Of a stretch of 64,000 nucleotides of DNA, positions 1 through 11,348 are shown in pieces. The DNA is from Mycobacteriaceae bacterium (GTDB lineage Bacteria > Actinomycetota > Actinomycetes > Mycobacteriales > Mycobacteriaceae), in assembly GCA_036749735.1 (NCBI GenBank), contig DAINXV010000001.1, forward strand, positions 449,870-513,869. The letters are read 5' to 3'. The notes beneath the pieces are model-generated. The model ran no database searches. It had not been told where the DNA came from and was given only the letters and a program-made list of their open reading frames with translations. A program made the translations under genes and the position numbers. Each line of letters opens with the position of its first letter. Position 1 is the stretch's first letter.

Positions 1-46
1 GCGCACGGCCCTGTCCACCAGAGCCTTTTTGGGATTTTCCAGCCAT

Positions 47-1462
47 CTACTTCTCCTCTTGCAAAGACCATTCAGGACCGGCGGCAGTGTCAGTGATAAC
101 AATGCCGGCGTCGTGCAAACGGTCACGTACTTCGTCTGCCACGTCCCAGTTCTTTTCGGCACGGGCCGTGGCACGCCGCTCAAGCTCCGCTTTCACCAGC
201 ACGTCCAACGCTTCCATGGCTTTCTGGGTGTCACCTTCAGCGGTGTCACGCCATTGTTCAGACAGCGGGTCAACACCCAAAATGTCGGCCATTGCGCGGA
301 CCTTACCGGCAATGTCGAGGGCAGCGGCATGGTCCTCATTTTCCAAAGCGGTGTTACCGGCGCGCACCTGATTGTGGACTTCAGCCAGAGCCGCCGGCAC
401 ACCCAGGTCGTCGTTGAGAGCCTCCGCGAAGGTTTCCGTCCAGGTGGTCTTTTCTGGCTCTTGGCCAGTGCGCTGGGCGACGCGGTGAATAAATGCCTCA
501 ATGCGACGGTAGCCTGCAGCTGCTTCCTGCAGGGCGCCTTCGGAGTATTCCAGCATGCTGCGGTAGTTTGCAGAGCCCAAGTAGTAGCGCAGTTCCACCG
601 GCCGCACCATTTCCAAAATATTCGGTATGGAGAGGGTGTTTCCGAGCGACTTGCTCATCTTCTCCCCCGACATGGTTACCCAGCCGTTGTGGAGCCAGTA
701 GTTGGCGAAGCCGTCGCCCGCACCATGCGCTTGCGCAATTTCGTTTTCGTGGTGGGGGAACCGCAAATCCAGTCCACCACCGTGGATGTCGAAAGTTTCA
801 CCCAGGTAGGTGGTGGCCATGGTGGAGCACTCAATGTGCCAGCCCGGGCGGCCGCGTCCCCAGGGGGTGGGCCAGCTGGGTTCACCCGGTTTGGCTGCTT
901 TCCAGAGAGCAAAATCGAGGCGGCTGCGTTTGCCGGTGCCGGCAGATTCGCCCTCCTCCATTTCGTCAATGTTTTGGTGGGTGAGGCAGCCGTAGTCGCC
1001 CTGCGGATCCTTCGACCATTTGTCGAGGTCGAAATAGACGTTGCCGTCGGATTCATAGGCGTAGCCGTTGTCCATAATCCGCTGGATATAGTCCACGATT
1101 TGGGTGATGTGGCCAGTGGCGCGGGGCTCCACACTGGGTGGCATTACCCCCAGCATGTCGTAGGCTTTGGTGAATTCGCGTTCGAATCGCGTCACCCACT
1201 CCCACCACGGCCGGTCGTTTTCGGCAGCTTTGGTAAGAATCTTGTCGTCAATGTCGGTGATGTTGCGCACGAAAATGACGTCGTTGCCTTGGGCGAGGAA
1301 CCAGCGTCGCAAAATGTCGAACGCTACTCCGGAGCGCACATGCCCAATATGGGGGTAGGTTTGCGGGGTGGCTCCACATAGGTAAATGGTTACGCGCCCG
1401 GGGGTGACCGGTTCGAAGGTACGGATTTCGCGGGTGGCGGTATCAAAAAGTTGCAAGGTCAT
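47..1462 (-). CDS. cysS: cysteine--tRNA ligase (class I aaRS)
   Basis: 471 aa ORF with the HIGH motif (PHIGHVRS) and KMSKS motif. Length matches CysS rather than the shorter MshC. It is followed by ispF-ispD-carD, as in mycobacterial/corynebacterial synteny. Confidence 0.9.
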   Translation of the reverse strand: MTLQLFDTATREIRTFEPVTPGRVTIYLCGATPQTYPHIGHVRSGVAFDILRRWFLAQGNDVIFVRNITDIDDKILTKAAENDRPWWEWVTRFEREFTKAYDMLGVMPPSVEPRATGHITQIVDYIQRIMDNGYAYESDGNVYFDLDKWSKDPQGDYGCLTHQNIDEMEEGESAGTGKRSRLDFALWKAAKPGEPSWPTPWGRGRPGWHIECSTMATTYLGETFDIHGGGLDLRFPHHENEIAQAHGAGDGFANYWLHNGWVTMSGEKMSKSLGNTLSIPNILEMVRPVELRYYLGSANYRSMLEYSEGALQEAAAGYRRIEAFIHRVAQRTGQEPEKTTWTETFAEALNDDLGVPAALAEVHNQVRAGNTALENEDHAAALDIAGKVRAMADILGVDPLSEQWRDTAEGDTQKAMEALDVLVKAELERRATARAEKNWDVADEVRDRLHDAGIVITDTAAGPEWSLQEEK

Positions 1463-1515
1463 GCCTATGTTCCAAGAGGTGTGTTTACGAAGAATACTTT
1501 ACCGAAAGTTTTGGG

Positions 1516-2109
1516 CTACTCGTCTAGACCACTGATGCTTTCGACATCCAGTTGGAGCCCCAAGTTGTCCACCTGCTGTTGCACAAGCAGTTGAGCTACC
1601 TGTACGGGGAGGACGGCAGCTGTGGCTACTGCGGCGATTCCTTCCCCGCGGCCGGTGTAGCCCATCTGGTCGGTGGAGGTGGCAGAGATCGCTACGGGGG
1701 CTCCCAAAAGGTCACTCAATACGGCTTCCGCCTCGCGGCGCCGCTTCCCCAATTTTGGCCGATTCCCGACCATCTGGACGGCAGCGTTAAGCACCACCCA
1801 GCCCTCATCTTCCAGAAGTTGGCGGGTTTCCTTGAGGAGACGCTCGCCGGTGACGTCATCATATTCGGCACGCCCCACCCCAAAGATCGCCCCCAGATCC
1901 CCTAAACCTGTTGCCGAAAGTACCGCATCAATAAGTGCGTGTACCACCACATCAGCATCGGAGTGCCCGGCGCAGCCATCTTCATCGGGGAAGAAAAGTC
2001 CCGCCATCCAACAGTCGCGTCCCGGCTCAATTTGGTGTGCGTCGGTGCTGATTCCGACGCGCGGGAAAAAGTCGCGCCAGTGGAGGTTGTCGAGGTCAGT
2101 CATTCTCAT
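1516..2109 (-). CDS. ispF: 2-C-methyl-D-erythritol 2,4-cyclodiphosphate synthase
   Basis: N-terminal [10 protein letters not shown] matches the IspF RIGxGxDxH signature. It overlaps the ispD stop by about 14 nt. An alternative ATG at 2103 is possible. Confidence 0.85.
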   Translation of the reverse strand: MRMTDLDNLHWRDFFPRVGISTDAHQIEPGRDCWMAGLFFPDEDGCAGHSDADVVVHALIDAVLSATGLGDLGAIFGVGRAEYDDVTGERLLKETRQLLEDEGWVVLNAAVQMVGNRPKLGKRRREAEAVLSDLLGAPVAISATSTDQMGYTGRGEGIAAVATAAVLPVQVAQLLVQQQVDNLGLQLDVESISGLDE

Positions 2110-2899
2110 CCTGATTCATATAAATGTTGGCTAGCGCCAAATCTTCCGGATTGGTGATTTTGAAGGCCCGGCGATCCCCCTCCACCGTCATGACAGTTAT
2201 TCCGAACCGTTCGAAAAGAGCAGCATCGTCAGTGGTGTTGATGTCTTCTGCGGCGGCCTGTTCGTGAATTTTGGAGAGCAGCTTGGCATCGAAAGCCTGG
2301 GGGGTTTGAATCGCCCGGAGGCGGCTGCGGTCCGGGGTTCCGATAACGTTGCCGACACTGTCCACCATTTTTATGGTGTCGGTGACGGGCAGAGCGGGAA
2401 TGACGGCACCCGGGTTGTTTACGGTCATCAGGAGCCGGGTTTTCTCCACCACGTCCGCAAACAGTTTCGGCGGGGTGAGGCACCGTGCCGCATCATGCAC
2501 GGCGATGATGGAGACAGGGTCGTTCTCATCGTTGGCCATGATTCGTTTGATGCCTTCGAAGACACTATCGGAGCGGAGCACTCCCCCGGGATACACCTTG
2601 ACCGGAATATCTAGTTCTAACGCAGTGGACTGGTCAATGGCGAGGGAACACATTTCGAAGGAAGCCATCACAACTATCTCTTCGAAGACACCACTGGCCG
2701 CGATGTTGAGCAAGCAGTGCTGCAAAATAGTGTGTTCACCTAGCTCCACGAAGGCTTTGGGCTTGTCTGCCCCCAGCCTATGGCCAGCTCCAGCTGCTGC
2801 TACCAGCGCCACGGCTTTGCCGTAGTAGCGGGTAGCTGGTGCTTCCGGCTGGTCAGCTGCGGTGGTGTTCTCCTCAGGAGTGATATTGTCCGGGTCCAT
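2096..2899 (-). CDS. ispD: 2-C-methyl-D-erythritol 4-phosphate cytidylyltransferase
   Basis: Contains [21 protein letters not shown] (the IspD nucleotide-binding P-loop-like motif). It is in an operon with ispF. The true start may be downstream of the longest ORF. Confidence 0.85.
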   Translation of the reverse strand: MDPDNITPEENTTAADQPEAPATRYYGKAVALVAAAGAGHRLGADKPKAFVELGEHTILQHCLLNIAASGVFEEIVVMASFEMCSLAIDQSTALELDIPVKVYPGGVLRSDSVFEGIKRIMANDENDPVSIIAVHDAARCLTPPKLFADVVEKTRLLMTVNNPGAVIPALPVTDTIKMVDSVGNVIGTPDRSRLRAIQTPQAFDAKLLSKIHEQAAAEDINTTDDAALFERFGITVMTVEGDRRAFKITNPEDLALANIYMNQDEND

Positions 2900-2909
2900 T
2901 AGAACCTAC

Positions 2910-3482
2910 TTATTTTTTGGTGCGTTTCTTCCGTTTGGTCTTTTTCTTTTCTTCACGTTCTTTAGCTTCGGCCGCACGTTCCTCTTCCCGGATACGCTCC
3001 CCCTCTTCCAGGATGGCGGCGATTTTCTCGTCCAGGCTTTCATCTTCGCAGCCGTCGGCGAAAGCAAGTTCCCCGACCAGTACCTGCCGTGCCTTAGACA
3101 GCATGCGTTTTTCGCCTGCGGAAAGGCCGCGGTCCTGTTCCCGGCGCCACAAGTCGCGCACTACTTCAGAAACTTTGTTGACGTCACCGGAGGCCAGTTT
3201 TTCTTGGTTGGCCTTGTAGCGGCGAGACCAGTTCTTGGGCTCTTCGACATCGGTTTCTTGGAGAACTTCGAAAACCTTGTTGAGTCCGTCAGCGTCGACG
3301 ACGTCGCGCACCCCTACGTCTTCCAAACTCTTCTTAGGTACTCGCACAACCAGATCTGATTGTTGGATCTGGAGAACTAGGTACTCAGTGGCTTCGCCTT
3401 TCAGAGTCCGTTCTTCAATTTCAGCGATTTTAGCGGCACCATGATGTGGGTAGACGACAACGTCTCCAACGTTAAATTCCAT
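2910..3482 (-). CDS. carD: CarD-family RNA polymerase-binding transcription regulator
   Basis: Starts [23 protein letters not shown], like the CarD N-terminal RID domain. It has a Lys-rich C-terminal tail. Confidence 0.9.
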   Translation of the reverse strand: MEFNVGDVVVYPHHGAAKIAEIEERTLKGEATEYLVLQIQQSDLVVRVPKKSLEDVGVRDVVDADGLNKVFEVLQETDVEEPKNWSRRYKANQEKLASGDVNKVSEVVRDLWRREQDRGLSAGEKRMLSKARQVLVGELAFADGCEDESLDEKIAAILEEGERIREEERAAEAKEREEKKKTKRKKRTKK

Positions 3483-3549
3483 GTGGTAATTTCCCCTTTC
3501 AATCGCCCCATTCTACCACGTCGTTGACCAGGGGATTTAATGAGGGTTT

Positions 3550-4209
3550 TTATCCACGTGGGGCAGGCGGCTGCGACTCCTTCGGGGAGGGTTTTGCTTT
3601 GGGGACAACCTGGAAAGTAACCGGTTCTCCCACTTGTGCATTCAGCACTGTGTAGAGCTCGTATTCACCCGGTTCTGCCCGCGGTGCGCTGTCCGTACAG
3701 TTGCCGTCAGCGTTCTTGCGAGTCCCTTCCCAGTTGACGGTGTAGCGGCGGGATTCACCCGGTTGCAACACTTCTTCCTTGTTTTGGTCGGAGGTGTAGC
3801 AAATCTCGGATTTCCACACGGCCTTGTTGTCCGCCTTGGTGTAAATCTCATAGCGCTGGTGCGCTGCTCCCAGCTGTGCGGTGCAAGCTTTGTCTGAGCT
3901 GTTGGTGACCTTCATGATGAGCGGCAGGTTTTTACCCTGTTCCACGACATCTTGGTCAAGTTGAGCGAGAACAGTCAGATCGCCTTTTTCACAGGCTGGT
4001 TCACTGGGAGAGTCAGTATTAGTGATGGTGGAGGTGGAGGCGACGGTAACAGTGGAGCGGCCTGTGTTCGTCTCCTCTTCATTGCCGCCCACTAGGGCGA
4101 CGATTCCCCATATGAGCAGCGCGATAACAACCACCGCAATAACGATGGCGCCGATGCGTCGGCGACGATAAATTTCCGGGGGCAGTGGCCCCTTTGATTC
4201 CATGCTCAC
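3550..4209 (-). CDS. membrane-anchored hypothetical protein (N-terminal TM helix, Thr/Ser-rich linker, Cys-containing ectodomain)
   Basis: Has RRRR followed by a hydrophobic helix IGAIVIAVVVIALLIWGIVALV near the N-terminus. It sits where Rv3587c-like membrane proteins sit relative to mutY. Confidence 0.6.
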   Translation of the reverse strand: MSMESKGPLPPEIYRRRRIGAIVIAVVVIALLIWGIVALVGGNEEETNTGRSTVTVASTSTITNTDSPSEPACEKGDLTVLAQLDQDVVEQGKNLPLIMKVTNSSDKACTAQLGAAHQRYEIYTKADNKAVWKSEICYTSDQNKEEVLQPGESRRYTVNWEGTRKNADGNCTDSAPRAEPGEYELYTVLNAQVGEPVTFQVVPKAKPSPKESQPPAPRG

Positions 4210-4277
4210 ACCTTTACGTTATCGAGAATTTCACTTCTCTGCCGCCCCATACCGAAGCGTGTCGCTACACTAAGCAC

Positions 4278-5186
4278 GTGTCGGACAACTTTTTAGCAAC
4301 TCAGCACGCCCAGGAAACACTCCTCGACTGGTTTGAAACTGCCCGGCGGCCTTTTCCGTGGCGGGATCCAGAGGTAACTGGGTGGGGAGTGTTGGTGTCG
4401 GAGGTTATGAGCCAACAAACCCCCATGTCACGGGTGGAACCAGTGTGGCGCGAGTGGCTAGAAAAGTGGCCCCTTCCTTCGGATTTAGCGGCCGAACCAG
4501 CCGCCGAAGTGGTGCGTGCCTGGGGGAAACTGGGCTACCCTCGGCGGGCTTTGCGGCTCCACGAATGCGCCCAGATTATTGCCCAAGATTTTCATGACAC
4601 CGTCCCCTCCGATGTGGAAACACTGCTGTCTTTGCCCGGTATCGGCGCCTATACCGCCCGTGCCGTAGCCTGTTTCGCTTATGGCGAAAATGTGCCAGTT
4701 GTGGACACTAATGTCCGCCGGGTGGTGGCACGTGTGCACCGGGGTCATCCCGAACAGGGCAAGCCGCGGGAGAAGAAAGATCTCGCCGAAGTTGCCGAAA
4801 TTTTGCCAACCGACGCAGAAACTGGCGTCCGCTTCTCCGCCGCCCTTATGGAGTTCGGCGCGCTGGTGTGCACATCCCGCAATCCCCGCTGTGAGGACTG
4901 CCCCATTGCGGACGACTGTGCATGGCTGGCGCTGGGGAAGCCCGAATGGGATAAAGAAACCCATGGGGAAAAGCCGACTCCCCAAAAATTCACTGGTACC
5001 GATCGACAAGTGCGGGGACTCCTGATGGACGTGGTGCGGGAAACAGTTGGCGGGGTGGAGAAGGCTGCGCTGGATGTGGTGTGGCCGGATCCTGTGCAGC
5101 GGGAGCGTGCTCTCCAGTCGCTGCTAGACGATGGTTTAATGAGCCGCTCCGACAGTGGTTTGTACGGTCTCGCGGGCGAATTTTAG
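4278..5186 (+). CDS. mutY: A/G-specific adenine DNA glycosylase (HhH-GPD with 4Fe-4S cluster loop)
   Basis: Has the helix-hairpin-helix LPGIGAYTARAV and the C-x6-C-x2-C-x5-C cluster CTSRNPRCEDCPIADDC. The longest ORF begins at 4185 but overlaps the divergent upstream gene. The GTG at 4278 just precedes the conserved LLDWFETARRPFPWR segment. Confidence 0.8.
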   Translation: MSDNFLATQHAQETLLDWFETARRPFPWRDPEVTGWGVLVSEVMSQQTPMSRVEPVWREWLEKWPLPSDLAAEPAAEVVRAWGKLGYPRRALRLHECAQIIAQDFHDTVPSDVETLLSLPGIGAYTARAVACFAYGENVPVVDTNVRRVVARVHRGHPEQGKPREKKDLAEVAEILPTDAETGVRFSAALMEFGALVCTSRNPRCEDCPIADDCAWLALGKPEWDKETHGEKPTPQKFTGTDRQVRGLLMDVVRETVGGVEKAALDVVWPDPVQRERALQSLLDDGLMSRSDSGLYGLAGEF

Positions 5187-6079
5187 TCCGTCAACTGCCC
5201 CAAAAATGCCCCTACGTGGTGACGGTAAAAATCGGTGTCAATGTCGTGAATGATGTGTCCCGGCTGGCGGGCGTAATGCACCTTACTGGCGTGGGGATTG
5301 CGCGCTGCCATCTGCTCCATGGTGTCCCCCTGCGTCACCCCATCCCGGGCCTTCAGCAGCAGTGCAGGGCAGGTGACGGCATCCCAGGCCGCCCACGTGT
5401 CGTGTTCGCCCCAATAGTTCGCAATGTCGGTGAACGTTTCCATATAGCCATGCAGGGTCCATAACGGAGTGCCGCCGGTGTGGTCCTCGTGTTTGTCGAA
5501 ACTGCGGCGGAAATAACTGCCGGCAACATCACCAAACAGCTGCGAAAAATCCGCTTCCGTAAAAGTGACGGGCCAGGCGTCAAAATAGTCGTCGAACAGC
5601 ACGGTGGTGAGGCCGCGGAAATCTGGTGACATGTCCTCCACCACTATTCCCCGCACCAGTTCCGGATGGGCGGCAGCCACACACCAGGCGTGCATACTGC
5701 CCATGGAGTGCCCCACCAGAATAATGTTCTCCGCCGCGGTGGCGGCCAGTATGCGGGTGACGGCGCTAGTGAGTTCCTGGGTAAAAAACTCGGTGGACAC
5801 ATCCGGGTGGGCGATGGCAGGGTTGGGGTCGTCGGTGCGCCAGCGGCGCGGCTGTCCCGCCACTTGGGCAGCAGAAAGTGTCTCCGGGAAGGGCCCACCT
5901 GTGTGGTAGGGCTGGTCGTAAACATATATGCCAGCGCCGGCGGGCAGAGTTTGGGCGATCCAGGAGAGGTGCGGTTCCCAGGTGGCGCCCCGCCCCATCA
6001 ACCCATGCACCAGTAGCACCGGAGGAGTATCGGCACTGCCCGCACGGAAGCAGTGCAGGTGATGGGTTGGTGCGGACAT
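5183..6079 (-). CDS. alpha/beta-fold hydrolase
   Basis: Has HGLMGRG (oxyanion region) and GHSMGS (nucleophile elbow). ATG at 6079 is preceded by GGAGG. The start overlaps the stop of the upstream ADP-ribosylglycohydrolase gene as TAATG. Confidence 0.75.
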   Translation of the reverse strand: MSAPTHHLHCFRAGSADTPPVLLVHGLMGRGATWEPHLSWIAQTLPAGAGIYVYDQPYHTGGPFPETLSAAQVAGQPRRWRTDDPNPAIAHPDVSTEFFTQELTSAVTRILAATAAENIILVGHSMGSMHAWCVAAAHPELVRGIVVEDMSPDFRGLTTVLFDDYFDAWPVTFTEADFSQLFGDVAGSYFRRSFDKHEDHTGGTPLWTLHGYMETFTDIANYWGEHDTWAAWDAVTCPALLLKARDGVTQGDTMEQMAARNPHASKVHYARQPGHIIHDIDTDFYRHHVGAFLGQLTD

Positions 6080-7038
6080 TACGCCTCCAATATGGCGTCC
6101 ACCCGCTCCACCAGGTCCACAACAGTCCATCCCGGGTAGCCCTGAAGAACAACTTTCCATTCTTCGGGGATCGCATCCGCGCCCCAGCAGGCGCCCAGCA
6201 GGCCACCGGCGATACAGGCCACAGTGTCGGTGTCGTAGCCGATGCGGATGGCTTTCACCATGGCGTCCCGGAAGTGCTGTTCACCTTTCCCGGAGGTGGT
6301 GGAAATGGCGTGCCAGGCGCACACCAAAGCGTTCACCACCCAGCCGTTGGTGGGGGCGTAGTCGGCGACGGTGGCGCTTTCGGCGGCCTGGAATTTTTCG
6401 ACCCAGAACCGCTGCTCCTCCACTTCCGCAAAGTTTTGCAGATAGCTGGGAAGTCCCTGCACGGTGCCCAGCAGGATGGCGTGGCGAATCGCATTGGTCC
6501 ACATTTGGCAGGCTTCGCGGGCACGCTGATCGTAATGGGTGAGGTCGGAGATTTTGCCGGCTGCTTTCATTGCCAGCACTGCTTCCCCCTCCCCCAGGAA
6601 GGGCAGCGCGACGGGGGTGGTACGCATGAGGGAACCGTTGCCGCCCTTGCGATTCCCGGGGAGTTTCTTGGAGTCTCGGAGCAGTTCATCCGAGTCGTCG
6701 GTGCCGCTGGTGCCCAACACCGCATTTATTTGACGGCCGATGGCTCGCGGATTGCTGTTGCGCCATTCTTGGAAGGCACGCGTAATAGCGTCCAGTCCCT
6801 CTTTGGAATTAAGGTCGAGTCCCTTGGCTGCGACTTCCAGAATGCAGTTCGACATGGCGGTGTCGTCTGTCCACTGTCCGGCGGGACGAGGGTACGGGCC
6901 GTCGGGAAGCATTTCAATATCGCCCTTTTTGGCGATGTCAGCTGGGTCGCAGAATTCATAGTGCGCACCCAGGGCATCCCCCACTGCCGCACCGATAACG
7001 GCACCTAGTGCGCGGTCTCGAACGTCTTTCGCAACCAT
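6079..7038 (-). CDS. ADP-ribosylglycohydrolase family protein
   Basis: Has the N-terminal ALGAVIGAAVGDALGAHYEF motif and the WTDDTAM motif typical of the ARH/DraG family. Confidence 0.75.
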   Translation of the reverse strand: MVAKDVRDRALGAVIGAAVGDALGAHYEFCDPADIAKKGDIEMLPDGPYPRPAGQWTDDTAMSNCILEVAAKGLDLNSKEGLDAITRAFQEWRNSNPRAIGRQINAVLGTSGTDDSDELLRDSKKLPGNRKGGNGSLMRTTPVALPFLGEGEAVLAMKAAGKISDLTHYDQRAREACQMWTNAIRHAILLGTVQGLPSYLQNFAEVEEQRFWVEKFQAAESATVADYAPTNGWVVNALVCAWHAISTTSGKGEQHFRDAMVKAIRIGYDTDTVACIAGGLLGACWGADAIPEEWKVVLQGYPGWTVVDLVERVDAILEA

Positions 7039-7162
7039 TCATTTCTCCTCGGAAAACTAAAATTGTTCTTCTTCTATGCTGTCATGAATTGCGCCACATT
7101 GACCAGTATTTTTATTTCTGCTCTTCGCTCCGACGTCTTTTCCGCTGGGTAAGCTGGGGATT

Positions 7163-8239
7163 ATGACCACCTCACATAAAGTTTTCCCCCACCTCCCCCG
7201 TCTTGCCCGCACCACCCTGGCGCTCGTTACAGCTGTGGGGTTGACGGCAAGCGGCATCGTCACCGCCTCCCCTGCCGCAGCCGAACCCGAGCCTGGGGTG
7301 AAGCAGCACTTACCGGCCAACCCCTGGTATGTGAATGACTACCCCGGCATGCCCACCCCTTTTAAAGGGCCGCTGAAGATCGATGTGTCCCGCAGTAATG
7401 CCCAAAAAATCCGTGCCAAGAATCCTGATGCGGATCCTCCGGGCGCCAACGATTGGAACTGCAAGCCCAGTAAGAAACACCCCCTACCGGTGGTGTTGGT
7501 GCATGGCACAACAGACCGCCCCTCTGCCGCCTGGAATGCCGGTGCGCCGCTGTTCAAGAATGCGGGGTACTGTGTGTTTGCCTTGACCTACGGCATGCTG
7601 CCCGGCTCCACCGATGGCGCCCTGGACAAGATTGAAAACTCGGCCCAGCAGCTCAGTGATTTTGTGCAGAAAGTGTTGCGAGCAACCGGCGCCAAGAAAG
7701 TTAACTTGGTGGGGCACTCCCAGGGCGGCATGATGCCGTTCTACTACATGAACTTTTTGGGTGGCGCCAAATATGTAAAAAATATGGCCGCCATTAGTCC
7801 CTCTTTGCGGGGTGTTGACGGTTTTGGTTTGTTTAACATTGATCCCATTCACCAGCTTGCGCTGAACCCAGGACCAATTAACATTCCACCCGCACAGGCA
7901 GCGCAGATTAAAGACTCTGCTTTCCTCCAGAAGCTGCATAGCCGCCCACTGCTCAACCCGAATGTCAACTACATCGTCATCGCCACCAAATACGATGATG
8001 TGGTGACGCCCTACACGTCGCAGCTGTTGCCTAAGGCACCGAATGCACGCAACGTCATCATCCAAGACAAGTGCGCGACTAACTTCACCGACCACTACGC
8101 GAATGTGTATGATCCGGCGACCCTTAACGTGGCGCTACAAATGTTTGATTCCACCTACCGGCAGGAAGTGCCTTGTGGGGTGAGCTTGCCGTTTATTGGT
8201 GGCTACATTCCACCCGTCGCCACTGTCTCCCCAAAATAG
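7163..8239 (+). CDS. secreted triacylglycerol lipase/esterase, Lipase_2 (Bacillus LipA-like) family
   Basis: Has a signal peptide, VVLVHGT, and FVQKVLRATGAKKVNLVGHSQGG. The last segment is nearly identical to the Bacillus LipA FVQKVL..GAKKVD.V.HSMGG region. Confidence 0.75.
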   Translation: MTTSHKVFPHLPRLARTTLALVTAVGLTASGIVTASPAAAEPEPGVKQHLPANPWYVNDYPGMPTPFKGPLKIDVSRSNAQKIRAKNPDADPPGANDWNCKPSKKHPLPVVLVHGTTDRPSAAWNAGAPLFKNAGYCVFALTYGMLPGSTDGALDKIENSAQQLSDFVQKVLRATGAKKVNLVGHSQGGMMPFYYMNFLGGAKYVKNMAAISPSLRGVDGFGLFNIDPIHQLALNPGPINIPPAQAAQIKDSAFLQKLHSRPLLNPNVNYIVIATKYDDVVTPYTSQLLPKAPNARNVIIQDKCATNFTDHYANVYDPATLNVALQMFDSTYRQEVPCGVSLPFIGGYIPPVATVSPK

Positions 8240-8316
8240 TCGCTGTAGTATCTGCCGGAACCGCTGGTAAGGGAACAGTCCTGTAGGAAGCTTGGAAAGC
8301 GGCAGTTAACTAAATG

Positions 8317-8371
8317 AAAGGTGGACCCGCGTAACGCGGGTCCACCTTTATGTTTTATGTTTTGTTTTCTG
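8317..8371. terminator. bidirectional rho-independent terminator between convergent lipase and clpC
   Basis: Perfect hairpin aaaGGTGGACCCGCG-taa-CGCGGGTCCACCttt, followed by atgttttatgttttgtttt. Confidence 0.6.
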
Positions 8372-8378
8372 TTAGTTC

Positions 8379-10997
8379 CTACTCGACTGGTGCCGGGCTG
8401 GCCGGGTCGACGGAGGTGCTGATGGGATCGATGCTGCCATCGTCCTCCTCGGCTTTATCCTCAGCTTCGTCGGCGGCGGATTTTTCACCGGGGACGCTTT
8501 CGAAAGTGAAGTTAGCCTCCTCATGGGAGCCTTCGCCATCCCAGCCCTCAACATCAACCTTAATAAGGTCGCCAGCGTTGTATTCACCGAAGATGATGCG
8601 CTCGGAGAGCTCATCGTCGATGTAGCGCTGAATGGTGCGGCGGAGCGGACGGGCACCCAACACCGGATCGAATCCACGCTTGGCGAGGAGACGTTCGGCC
8701 TTGTCGGAAACCTCCAGGTGCAGATCCTGGCCCTTGAGCTGTTCCCGAACTCCGTCCAGCATGAGCTCAACCATCTGAAGAATGTCCTCTTCGGTGAGCT
8801 GGCGGAAGACGATGACGTCATCAATGCGGTTCAGGAACTCGGGACGGAAGTGCTTCTTCATGCCGTCGCGAACCTTGTTCTGCATGCGCTGGTAGTTGTC
8901 TTCATCAGCGTTGCTGGAATCCTGGAATCCCATGCCAACGGCCTTGGAAATATCCTGGGTACCAATGTTTGAGGTGAAAATGATGACGGTGTTGCGGAAG
9001 TCCACTTCGCGGCCTTGACCGTCCGTCATGCGGCCTTCATCGAGCACCTGCATGAGGGAGTCGTAGACGCGGTTGTGGGCTTTCTCGATCTCGTCGAAGA
9101 GCACCACGGAGAACGGCTTGCGGCGTACCTTTTCGGTAAGCTGGCCGCCCTCTTCATAACCCACATAACCAGGGGAAGTACCGAACAGTCGGGACACCGT
9201 GTACTGGTCGTGGAATTCACCCATGTCGATGGAGATGAGCGCATCTTCGTCACCGAAGAGGAACTCTGCCAACGCCTTGGAAAGCTCTGTCTTACCGACA
9301 CCGGACGGGCCGGCAAAGATGAAGGTACCGGCCGGGCGCTTCGGGTCTTTCAGACCGGCGCGGGTGCGGCGAATAGCCTTCGACACGGCCCTAACTGCTT
9401 CATCCTGTCCGATGATCCGCTTGTGGATCTCGTCTTCCATATTGAGCAGACGCTTGGACTCGGATTCGGTGAGTTTGGCCACCGGAATACCAGTCCAGTT
9501 GGCAAGCACTTCGGCGATCTTCTCATCGTCCACGATGGCATCGGAAGCGGACTCGTCGTCGCGCCACTCTTGTTCGCGTTCTTTTCGCTGTGCGATGAGT
9601 TTCTTTTCATCGTCGCGGAGTGCAGCAGCCTTCTCGAAGTCCTGGTTGTCAATAGCGGACTCTTTCTGGCCGCGCACTTCGGCGATCTTGTCGTCGAATT
9701 CGCGCAGATCTGGTGGGGCCGTCATGCGCTTAATGCGGAGCCGGGCGCCCGACTCATCAATCAAGTCGATGGCCTTATCCGGCAAGTAACGGTCCGTGAT
9801 GTAGCGGGAGGAAAGATCCACAGCAGCGCGAATAGCATCATCGGTAATCGTCACCTTGTGATGCTGTTCGTAGCGGTCGCGCAGACCTTTCAGAATGTCG
9901 ATAGCCATTTCCTGGGTCGGCTCCGGCACCTGAATGGGCTGGAAGCGACGCTCCAGGGCGGCATCTTTTTCGATGTGTTGACGATACTCATCCAAAGTGG
10001 TGGCACCAATCGTTTGGATCTCGCCACGGGAGAGTTTCGGCTTCAAGATATTGGCGGCGTCAATGGAGCCCTCGGCAGCACCTGCACCCACCAGGGTGTG
10101 AATCTCATCGATGAAGATGATGATGTCGCCACGCTGGGTGATCTCTTTGAGGACTTTCTTCATGCGCTCTTCGAAGTCACCGCGGTAGCGCGAACCGGCC
10201 ACCATGGAGCTGAGGTCCAGGCTGTAGAGCTGTTTGCCGGCCAAAATGTCTGGAACATCGTCATTGGCAATGGCAATAGCAAGACCTTCCACCACCGCAG
10301 TTTTACCAACTCCCGGCTCACCAATAAGGCAGGGGTTGTTCTTGGTGCGGCGGCTCAGCACCTGCATAATGCGTTCGATTTCTTTTTCACGGCCAATGAC
10401 GGGGTCCAGTTTTCCTTCCCGTGCCATGGCGGTGAGGTTCTGACCGAACTGGTCCAACACCAAGGAAGTGGATGGTGTGCGTCCACCGCGTCCCCGGGAG
10501 GGGCCACCAGTGGGAACAGATGCAGCGGCCGGCTCCGGACCGTCGGATCCTGCGGCACCTTCATATCCGTTCAAAAGCTGAATAACTGTCTGGCGCACTC
10601 GCGGCAGGTCGGCACCTAAGTTGGTGAGCACCTGGGCAGCCACACCCTCTCCTTCACGGATGAGGCCGAGCAGAATGTGCTCGGTGCCAATGTAGTTGTG
10701 GCCAAGCTGCAGTGCTTCCCTAAGGGAGTACTCCAGAACCTTTTTCGCACGCGGGGTGAAGGGGATGTGCCCTGACGGCGGCTGCGAATCACGGCCGATA
10801 ATCTGCTCGACCTGTTCACGCACCGATTCCAGGGCAATATCCATGGATTCGAGTGCCTTCGCTGCGACACCCTCCCCCTCGTGGATGAGGCCCAATAAAA
10901 TATGCTCCGTACCGATGAAATTATGGTTGAGCATGCGGGCTTCTTCTTGAGCCAGCACAACCACTCGGCGGGCGCGATCGGTAAACCGTTCGAACAT
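8379..10997 (-). CDS. clpC: ATP-dependent Clp protease ATP-binding subunit ClpC
   Basis: Has N-terminal Clp repeats ([21 protein letters not shown]), two AAA+ modules with GEPGVGKT and GPSGVGKT Walker A motifs, and a UVR-like middle domain. Confidence 0.95.
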   Translation of the reverse strand: MFERFTDRARRVVVLAQEEARMLNHNFIGTEHILLGLIHEGEGVAAKALESMDIALESVREQVEQIIGRDSQPPSGHIPFTPRAKKVLEYSLREALQLGHNYIGTEHILLGLIREGEGVAAQVLTNLGADLPRVRQTVIQLLNGYEGAAGSDGPEPAAASVPTGGPSRGRGGRTPSTSLVLDQFGQNLTAMAREGKLDPVIGREKEIERIMQVLSRRTKNNPCLIGEPGVGKTAVVEGLAIAIANDDVPDILAGKQLYSLDLSSMVAGSRYRGDFEERMKKVLKEITQRGDIIIFIDEIHTLVGAGAAEGSIDAANILKPKLSRGEIQTIGATTLDEYRQHIEKDAALERRFQPIQVPEPTQEMAIDILKGLRDRYEQHHKVTITDDAIRAAVDLSSRYITDRYLPDKAIDLIDESGARLRIKRMTAPPDLREFDDKIAEVRGQKESAIDNQDFEKAAALRDDEKKLIAQRKEREQEWRDDESASDAIVDDEKIAEVLANWTGIPVAKLTESESKRLLNMEDEIHKRIIGQDEAVRAVSKAIRRTRAGLKDPKRPAGTFIFAGPSGVGKTELSKALAEFLFGDEDALISIDMGEFHDQYTVSRLFGTSPGYVGYEEGGQLTEKVRRKPFSVVLFDEIEKAHNRVYDSLMQVLDEGRMTDGQGREVDFRNTVIIFTSNIGTQDISKAVGMGFQDSSNADEDNYQRMQNKVRDGMKKHFRPEFLNRIDDVIVFRQLTEEDILQMVELMLDGVREQLKGQDLHLEVSDKAERLLAKRGFDPVLGARPLRRTIQRYIDDELSERIIFGEYNAGDLIKVDVEGWDGEGSHEEANFTFESVPGEKSAADEAEDKAEEDDGSIDPISTSVDPASPAPVE

Positions 10998-11348
10998 CGT
11001 TCTCCTTGCGTTTTTACGTTCTCACTTATATGAACGTATGAGCGCGTCGATTTGTTGCATTTTTCTCAACTTTTCTGTCAGCTGAGAGCAAATCGTCAAC
11101 TCTCAGAGTACGGGGGACTCTGAATAGCCTCAAACTAGCAGGTGGCTCAAGTTTTCACGAAACTGATGCGACACCTATTGGATTCCTAAATATCCATGAG
11201 AATAAAAAGAGACGCGCGTCACTTTCCGCTGGCAATGTATCGCAGAACTTGGATTCCTCAGCCCATTCTCAACGCACCCCAATGTGCCAGGTTATAGCGT
11301 GAAATGTGGAGCTTTATTGAGAAAACATGGACGTTGTAGGAGCGCACA

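Noticed and set aside
29-1381. Long ORFs antisense to cysS (450 aa), clpC (9015-10619), ftsH (24510-25454), topA (49960-51138), the helicase (56414-57319) and several others.
   Set aside because: They lie entirely inside, and antisense to or frame-shifted from, strongly supported conserved genes. Their translations are low-complexity Arg/Gly/Val-rich products typical of high-GC shadow ORFs.
4185-4277. Longest mutY ORF start at 4185.
   Set aside because: It would overlap the divergent upstream gene by 25 nt and adds a non-conserved 31 aa. A GTG at 4278 immediately precedes the conserved MutY N-terminus.
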